Shown here: piece after piece, positions 58,132 to 64,000 of the stretch
Position numbering within the stretch: position 1 is the first letter of the stretch
Layout of the letters: each line of letters begins with the position of its first letter
Position numbers and translations under genes: made by a program
NCBI GenBank assembly: GCA_963778115.1
Contig: CAVZSV010000004.1
Span: forward strand, 2,816,001 to 2,880,000
Origin: an uncultured delta proteobacterium
GTDB taxonomy: Bacteria > Bdellovibrionota > FAC87 > UBA2466
Reading direction: 5' to 3'
DNA length: 64,000 nt
The notes under the pieces: generated by a model
Told to the model about the DNA's origin: nothing
Database searches by the model: none
The model's input: the letters and a program-made list of their open reading frames with translations, nothing else

Positions 58132-58614
58132 TTATCCCTTAAGCGCCGTTTGATGATTTTTTCGGTGCGTCTCTTTATGATCGCGGAATACGCTATCCGC
58201 ATTTTTCTTCTGCGCGTCCGACATGGCAGTGTAAAGCGGGGTGAAGACGCCAAGGAACTCTTTCATTCCATCGGCATGCAACTGCGCGATGTTAGCGTAC
58301 GATTTTAAATCATCAATGGCCGTCATTTGCGCGGCCGTGGAGTTTCTCGTATCGATCAACGATTGAGCCACTTTAGCATGGTCGCGCATTTCTTTCGTTA
58401 CTGAGGACCAAAGGGTTTCCTGATCGGAAGTGATTTTTAATTTGTCGTGAAGCTCCTTGATCCGGGCTTCCACGGGATCTACGGTAGTCGCGGCGGCGAC
58501 TTTACTGTCCTGGGCTAGCGATGAATTAGAAAATATCGTGCTGGCGGAGACAGCCAGAAATACCGCTACCGAGCAGACGAATGCCTTCTTTGCGATCTCA
58601 AGGTTCGATTTCAA
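58132..58614 (-). CDS. Spy/CpxP (LTXXQ) family periplasmic protein
   Basis: RIKELHDKLKITSDQETLW, PLYTAMSDAQKKNAD. Confidence 0.85.
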   Translation of the reverse strand: MKSNLEIAKKAFVCSVAVFLAVSASTIFSNSSLAQDSKVAAATTVDPVEARIKELHDKLKITSDQETLWSSVTKEMRDHAKVAQSLIDTRNSTAAQMTAIDDLKSYANIAQLHADGMKEFLGVFTPLYTAMSDAQKKNADSVFRDHKETHRKNHQTALKG

Positions 58615-59138
58615 TTTGACCCCCGTATATGTTTTTTGGGAAATGGGTTTAGGTTTAAAGACGTGTATTGGTTATTTTAAAGGGGAGTGCGCCTGCGATC
58701 AATGTCGATGAAGCAGGATGATAACGCGAAGCGTTGGCTAGAGCGCCGAATTACCCTAATTCTCTGTCTACCATTAGATGGAAGTAGCGATGCGGCAATT
58801 CCCGTTGGCGGAGGCTTTGGTGTCCTTTTTACGCGCATCGTTTCTCGCGGTTGCCGGTCCGGTAGCCCGTTCTCCGTTGGTGGGGGGGAACGGAGCCGAA
58901 TGACTTCGCCTAAATGGTAAACTTTCCTGTCCTCACGTTGTGCTGCCGAGGCGGTAGGTAATCCATGGGTTTAGTCACGGATGGTATGGCGTGAAATCTC
59001 TTCCACGATTAACTTTGCCCTCTTCAGAAATTAAAATCTTCCTTCTTGGACAGAGTCACATTTTGAAGAAAAACGCAGCATAACAAGACTATTAAGAGGG
59101 GGGACCCAGATAGCAAGTGCCTACCCTCACTTGGGAAC

Positions 59139-59155
59139 TTGGCACTCAGCGTGCA
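59139..59155 (+). promoter_or_regulatory. Putative sigma54 promoter
   Basis: TTGGCACTCAGCGTGCA = TGGCAC...GG-N10-GC. Confidence 0.65.
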
Positions 59156-59188
59156 CAGTCATCTTATAAAATTATTTGGAGGTACCTT

Positions 59189-59794
59189 ATGCGTTTTGTT
59201 TTAATCGTTTTCACGCTAATGTCTTCAGTCGTTTTCGCAGATTATGCGGGTAGCCCTAGAGATATCCGACTCTTCAAAAACAACATTCCTTCTACAGCGG
59301 CTATCAAAGGTTCACGGGCCGAGCTTGCTAGTGCGATCAAACAGAATCGAGAACTACAATCTTGTTACCGAATTGCCCAGTTGCAGCAGGTGGTTACTGA
59401 TTTGAGCCGCGAGTATGGAGACGTGGATGAGTACAAAGCGCCCCTGAGTCAGATGATTACTCAAGTCGATAGCCTGTCGGGTTACTGCGGCATCGACAAT
59501 AAAGAGAACACCATCAAAACGAATGATCTGACGGCGTTGACGGAAGAGCTGATGAAACTAGATGCTACCGTCGGACAGGTGGACCACCAGATTGCCAAAG
59601 ATACCGCTGATAGAACAGTCATGATGGCGGATGTCGAACGGAGCAAGAAGGCCGCCGCAGAGTGGGCGAAATCGGTGAGGGAGCAGGCAAATACGACTAG
59701 TCAGCAAATCGAAGCCGCCGGACAAAAAGTGGGAAAGGAAACGAAAGAGGGTTTCGAAGGGTTAAAGAGAAGATGGAGAGAAGTCATTCGATAA
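59189..59794 (+). CDS. Exported helical/coiled-coil hypothetical protein
   Basis: GGAGG SD before ATG 59189; signal peptide ...VVFA. Confidence 0.75.
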   Translation: MRFVLIVFTLMSSVVFADYAGSPRDIRLFKNNIPSTAAIKGSRAELASAIKQNRELQSCYRIAQLQQVVTDLSREYGDVDEYKAPLSQMITQVDSLSGYCGIDNKENTIKTNDLTALTEELMKLDATVGQVDHQIAKDTADRTVMMADVERSKKAAAEWAKSVREQANTTSQQIEAAGQKVGKETKEGFEGLKRRWREVIR

Positions 59795-59810
59795 AAAGGG
59801 ATAGACCTAA

Positions 59811-59849
59811 GCTCTGTCCGGGCGTGGCTAAACATCGCCCGGGCAGAGT
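59811..59849 (+). terminator. Stem-loop after gene
   Basis: CTCTGTCCGGGCG...CGCCCGGGCAGAG. Confidence 0.6.
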
Positions 59850-59960
59850 TGCATTGACCTCTTTGGCCACCCCATAACGCGGCAGAGACTAGCTATCGGC
59901 TTCAAATCGTGGTAGTTGCCTTGGTGATTGAAGCTCACATTTTTAGCAGGAGATGAAGGT

Positions 59961-60443
59961 ATGTATAAGACAAAGAATACGGTTCCCGAAAAAGTTCGCA
60001 CTCAAATGATTTCGGTTTTGCAGGAGCGATTAGCCGATGCTATCGACCTGCAGAGTCAAACCAAGCAGGCCCATTGGAATGTAAAGGGGCCTAGCTTTAT
60101 AGCGCTTCACGAACTTTTCGATAAGATCGCCGAAGATTCCGAAGAGTACGTGGACCTTATCGCCGAACGGATTATTCAATTTGGGGGAATCGCTGAAGGA
60201 ACGATTAGAGCTGCCGCGAAGCGGACCAGTTTGTTGGAATATCCGCTTACGATCTCTAAGGGAACCGACCATGTGGGGGCCCTTTCGGTAGCCCTTGCTA
60301 CTTTTGGCGAGCTTGCTCGCAAGACCATCGAACAAGCCAATGAACTGGGAGATGCCGACACTGCCGATATTTTTACGGAGATATCTAGGGGTGCCGACAA
60401 GTATCTATGGTTCGTAGAAGCGCACACCCAAGCCGAACACTAA
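59961..60443 (+). CDS. dps: DNA starvation/stationary phase protection protein Dps
   Basis: KQAHWNVKGPSFIALHELFD, D.IAERI, DKYLWFVEAH. Confidence 0.96.
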   Translation: MYKTKNTVPEKVRTQMISVLQERLADAIDLQSQTKQAHWNVKGPSFIALHELFDKIAEDSEEYVDLIAERIIQFGGIAEGTIRAAAKRTSLLEYPLTISKGTDHVGALSVALATFGELARKTIEQANELGDADTADIFTEISRGADKYLWFVEAHTQAEH

Positions 60444-60453
60444 ATCCGAAAAG

Positions 60454-60492
60454 CTACCCATTCACTTTTCGACCGAAAAAGTGAATGGGTAG
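60454..60492 (+). terminator. Long stem-loop after dps
   Basis: CTACCCATTCACTTTTC-GACC-GAAAAAGTGAATGGGTAG. Confidence 0.7.
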
Positions 60493-60504
60493 TTAATCAC
60501 TTCA

Positions 60505-62436
60505 ATGGCCCTTCCGAAATCATCTCCTAAGGCTACGGCTTCGCATGCAGAGCCGGGCGAACTTAGACTTGTTTCGATAGCTCTTTCTGCTTTCCTCTCC
60601 GGAACGACGCTGATTGGGCTAATGAAAATAGCGGCGTTTTGGTACAAAAACGATCCCTATCTTCAGGCGAGAAACCTGTATCTATTGAGTCTGGTTCTCG
60701 TCCTCCCTCTTTGCTTACTGGCGAATGAGATAACTAAACGCGTAGTACCGTCTTTCAGCGCTGGTGCCCGAAATAGAATTGTCTGGGGTGCGATTACGCT
60801 TAACTCCGCAGCACTGGTCTATTTTACCAAGTACCAAAAAGAGTTTTTGAAATTCAGCGGCTGGGGGTTGGTGGCCTTGACTGGTCTTTTCGTAGTGATA
60901 GGAATTGTAATTTCTGGTACCCAAAAAACGAGAGCGGTCTTTAAAAAAGTTACGCGCGGCCTTTTAGCCTTTGCCCTCATCGCTGAGATGGCGGTCCTCT
61001 TTCTTAATCATACCTACGGGTTTCTAAGAGTTCCGGGAAAGATTTCAGATCCGGGCTTTCAGATCGATTTCAATGCGACCTATTATTCGATCGTTCAGGC
61101 GTTGCAGGGATCTCTTCCTTTTTTCGATTATCAGGCGCAGTACGGGAATTATGCTCTGTTCTTTATTCCATTACGCCTGTTTTCCCCGTCGATAAGCACT
61201 GTAGTGGTAATGGTCTCCTGCCTGATTCTCATTGCCGCGGGAGCCATTTTTCTTGCAACTCAAGATCTGTTCAAGAACCGGTCATTGCAGTATCTGGTGT
61301 TGGCTATCATTCCGTATAACTATTATTTTGTGCATCAGGAGACTTACTGGGCCAATCTGCCGATCCGCTTGCTCTTTCCCTCCCTAATCTTTCTGGGGGC
61401 TACTCGGTATTTTATTCGTAGAAGGAGTTCCACGTATTTTCTTACCATGGTACTGGGGGTTCTAGCACCCGTGTGGAACTTGGATACCGGAATTCCTGCG
61501 ATGCTCTCTTGGCTATTAGCTTTGAGCCTCGATGGATATCTGGATGCTTCGGACAAAAGCCCCCTCCATCGAAAGATCGCTCGTCCTTGCTTTGAAGCTT
61601 TGCTGCTTCAAGGGTTGGTCCTTTTAGGAGTAGTCTTTTATTACTTAGTAGCGCGGGGGCGACTTCCCATCCTTTCCGAAGCCTTTCGTTCTCAAGACCT
61701 CTACTTTTCAAATGGATTTAATGCGCTCCCTTTAATTCCGTTCGATAGTTGGATCATAGTTCCTTTAGTTTACCTCGTCTCTTTTTGTTATTGTTTTTGG
61801 GCAATCAATGACAGGAAGGAAAAAGCGAAACCTATTCTAAGAGTAACGCTTTTTCTCACCCTATATGGTTGCGGGGTCTTTTCTTATTTCATCATGAGAA
61901 GCCATTTTAATTGTTTGTTGGCGGTATGTTGGCCGGCACTCCTTCTTCTGGGAATTTTTGTGGATAGGTTTCTGGATGGGGCAAAGCCGGTGCGATGGAT
62001 TACCGTTCCCGCCATTGGCCTATTTGGCTATTTGTGGGTGAATGCCATTTCAGGTCTCTTTCTCTCAATACCTAAGTCTTCGGTCCAGGAAAGAGGGATG
62101 GCGATGCTAAAGAGTCAAAGAGAATTTGTGAGTTCTCTGGGAGTTCAGGGAAAGCCTATCCTCATCCTTTCGGACAAGTCTTGCCTGTTTTATTCCGATC
62201 TCCACTCGATTCCCGTGCTTCCCATTCAAAGCGCCAGCGAATTAGTTGCCCCAGAGGACGTAGATCTAGTGGAACGGTATGTACGGGGAGACTTCACGGC
62301 CCCTCGCCGGATTCTCTTCGATACGAGCTGGTATCTGGCGAATACCCCCCGTTTTCAAAGAACACGAATGTTTCTTTCGCTCTTTCCTCCCAAGGCGGTG
62401 AGTGCCGACGGAAAGCTCTATTTCTATTCGGACTAG
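60505..62436 (+). CDS. Polytopic membrane protein, possibly GT-C-fold glycosyltransferase
   Basis: More than 12 TM segments; G..PF.DY.AQYG loop; WNLDTG; soluble C-terminal tail. Confidence 0.6.
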   Translation: MALPKSSPKATASHAEPGELRLVSIALSAFLSGTTLIGLMKIAAFWYKNDPYLQARNLYLLSLVLVLPLCLLANEITKRVVPSFSAGARNRIVWGAITLNSAALVYFTKYQKEFLKFSGWGLVALTGLFVVIGIVISGTQKTRAVFKKVTRGLLAFALIAEMAVLFLNHTYGFLRVPGKISDPGFQIDFNATYYSIVQALQGSLPFFDYQAQYGNYALFFIPLRLFSPSISTVVVMVSCLILIAAGAIFLATQDLFKNRSLQYLVLAIIPYNYYFVHQETYWANLPIRLLFPSLIFLGATRYFIRRRSSTYFLTMVLGVLAPVWNLDTGIPAMLSWLLALSLDGYLDASDKSPLHRKIARPCFEALLLQGLVLLGVVFYYLVARGRLPILSEAFRSQDLYFSNGFNALPLIPFDSWIIVPLVYLVSFCYCFWAINDRKEKAKPILRVTLFLTLYGCGVFSYFIMRSHFNCLLAVCWPALLLLGIFVDRFLDGAKPVRWITVPAIGLFGYLWVNAISGLFLSIPKSSVQERGMAMLKSQREFVSSLGVQGKPILILSDKSCLFYSDLHSIPVLPIQSASELVAPEDVDLVERYVRGDFTAPRRILFDTSWYLANTPRFQRTRMFLSLFPPKAVSADGKLYFYSD

Positions 62437-63170
62437 TTGTTAACGATCGAATATTCAAGTTTGCCCACCCTAGTCAGGGGCTTTCCCTTCTCCTTGGTGT
62501 CGTAGTTGAAGTGGGCGAATACCGGAGAAGTGTCTTTCTTCTGATTGGGGGCAATCGAAAAGTAGATGAGGGTGATGTCATTGAGATCGGGAATTTGATC
62601 TGCAGCGCTGTTAGGATTCAAAGAAAGCAGTGGTCTAATGGGAAGACCCGCAAAACTGACTCCCAAGGAATTTTCATTGGGCGAGAAACTGTCCAGCGAC
62701 GCCATTGCTATTCCACCGTTTAGCAAGAGAGGGACTTGAGTGCTTTCGTCGGACGCCTTGGGGATATGGAATTCAACGTTAAATTTTGCCTCATAACTGC
62801 CGTAAGAGAGAGACACCTTTCCTACGACATCGCTTTGGTGGCTGGGATCAAATTGTTTCTTAAAGAGTTCGTACATCGTGAGTCGGTTGTCATCGTTAGA
62901 ATCCGAGGCGCAAGCGGTGTCTCTTTCACCCGTTTCTTTCTCGGTCAGTGGTTCCCTCGAGAAAGCATTTTCGGGAGAGAGCGGAAAGTTATTATTCTTA
63001 GAGGACGAGGCTTGAGTATTCGTATGGGCGATTGGCCTAGTCCTCTTAGATTTTTCTGTTAGAGCGGCTACGGTTGAGAAATTCAATGGAAGCAGTGGTT
63101 GCTGGCGTTTTCCATGGAAAATTCCTATTAGCGCGATCAGCAAGACTAGAAAGAAAAAATATCGTTTCAT
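62433..63170 (-). CDS. Membrane-anchored/exported hypothetical protein
   Basis: N-terminal hydrophobic helix, long ORF. Confidence 0.65.
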   Translation of the reverse strand: MKRYFFFLVLLIALIGIFHGKRQQPLLPLNFSTVAALTEKSKRTRPIAHTNTQASSSKNNNFPLSPENAFSREPLTEKETGERDTACASDSNDDNRLTMYELFKKQFDPSHQSDVVGKVSLSYGSYEAKFNVEFHIPKASDESTQVPLLLNGGIAMASLDSFSPNENSLGVSFAGLPIRPLLSLNPNSAADQIPDLNDITLIYFSIAPNQKKDTSPVFAHFNYDTKEKGKPLTRVGKLEYSIVNN

Positions 63171-63185
63171 TCTTGGGCGAGTTTT

Positions 63186-64000
63186 TCAGTGTTCATTCGG
63201 TAGTTGCAGCGAGCCTGTCACTTGGAGGCTCAGCTCCTCTTCGGCAATGATTCCCATTCGTTTGTAGATAGGTCTTATCTCATCCCTCATTAGAGGTAGT
63301 CGACGGAGGAAGATAAGCCCTCCTAGAACGCAAAGCAGACCGCCCAACTCCAAGGTGGGAGCGGTGCCAATCCAATGGGCGGAAACTCCCCCTAACAGAC
63401 TTCCAAAAGGGGCCATACCGACGAAGGCCATGACATAAAGGCTCATAAGCCTTCCTCGCTTGTCCTCTTCGGCAATCGTCTGCAAAAGAGTATTGCTGGC
63501 GGCCATATTCACCATCATTCCCATTCCGGCAAATAGCATCAAAGGTAGAGACGCCCAAAGATAATGTGAGGCTCCAAAAAGGCCCACAGAGACCCCAAAG
63601 AGCATGGCGGAAAAGGGTATGATTTTTCCCAAACCCAAAACGGATTTTCTAGAGGCGAGAAACAGAGCTCCGATCAAGGCTCCCAGACCGGAAGCTGCCG
63701 TCAGAAAACCTAAAATATGGGCTCCGCCCGAAAGCTGTTCGCTTACGATCACAGGCAAAAGAACCATATAAGGCATCCCCATCAGACTTATCAGCGCGAG
63801 TAATCCTAGGACGTGTCGGATCGAGGGACTTCCCTTAGCATAGCGAAACCCTTCCTGGAATTCGTGGAGCAGGTCCTTATGGGCAGCCACTGCTTTGTTC
63901 ATATGCTTCACCTTCATTAGCAGAAGCGTGAAAATCACGGCTAGATAACTAATGGCGTCGATGGTAAAGCAGCCGCCTTCTCCAGTGGTAGCGATTAGAA
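63186..64000 (-). CDS. MFS transporter (5' end outside the window)
   Basis: EGFRYA, G.GALIGAL, NTLLQT....KRGRLMSLY..AF.G..PFGSLLGG. Confidence 0.9.
   Translation of the reverse strand, partial: LIATTGEGGCFTIDAISYLAVIFTLLLMKVKHMNKAVAAHKDLLHEFQEGFRYAKGSPSIRHVLGLLALISLMGMPYMVLLPVIVSEQLSGGAHILGFLTAASGLGALIGALFLASRKSVLGLGKIIPFSAMLFGVSVGLFGASHYLWASLPLMLFAGMGMMVNMAASNTLLQTIAEEDKRGRLMSLYVMAFVGMAPFGSLLGGVSAHWIGTAPTLELGGLLCVLGGLIFLRRLPLMRDEIRPIYKRMGIIAEEELSLQVTGSLQLPNEH

Noticed and set aside
58687..58920. 77-aa ORF in the gap between divergent genes
   Set aside because: No motif or clear coding signal; probably non-coding

Overview
Gene-dense bacterial chromosomal segment (roughly 50% GC by eye) with no rRNA, tRNA, CRISPR array, integrase or transposase that I can recognise. 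It is dominated by exported or lipoprotein hypotheticals, c-type cytochromes and signalling proteins. That style suggests a Bdellovibrionota/Oligoflexia-like or other deltaproteobacterial-type organism (inference only). Recognisable genes: sahR-ahcY, mgtA, a di-haem cytochrome c peroxidase, dps, an HdeD-family protein, an adenylate cyclase-TPR plus Crp pair, a Ser/Thr-kinase/AAA/GAF/His-kinase hybrid, an S53 peptidase and an MFS transporter. Most notable: (1) a candidate mini-regulon at 11.4-16.1 kb. It comprises a TIGR02999-type ECF sigma factor, a membrane Ser/Thr kinase, an unannotated 23-aa membrane peptide and a Pro/Lys-repeat exported protein; the last two share an identically spaced TGAGCY-N17-CGCK promoter motif. 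(2) An apparently exported sigma-factor-like protein with one sigma2 and six tandem sigma4 domains (18720-20381). (3) Several signal-peptide proteins carrying normally cytoplasmic domains, many with a Cys just after the predicted cleavage site, suggestive of effector cargo. (4) A perfect 18-bp palindrome between a membrane-bound LuxR regulator and a cytochrome c gene. (5) Two paralogous uncharacterised di-haem proteins.
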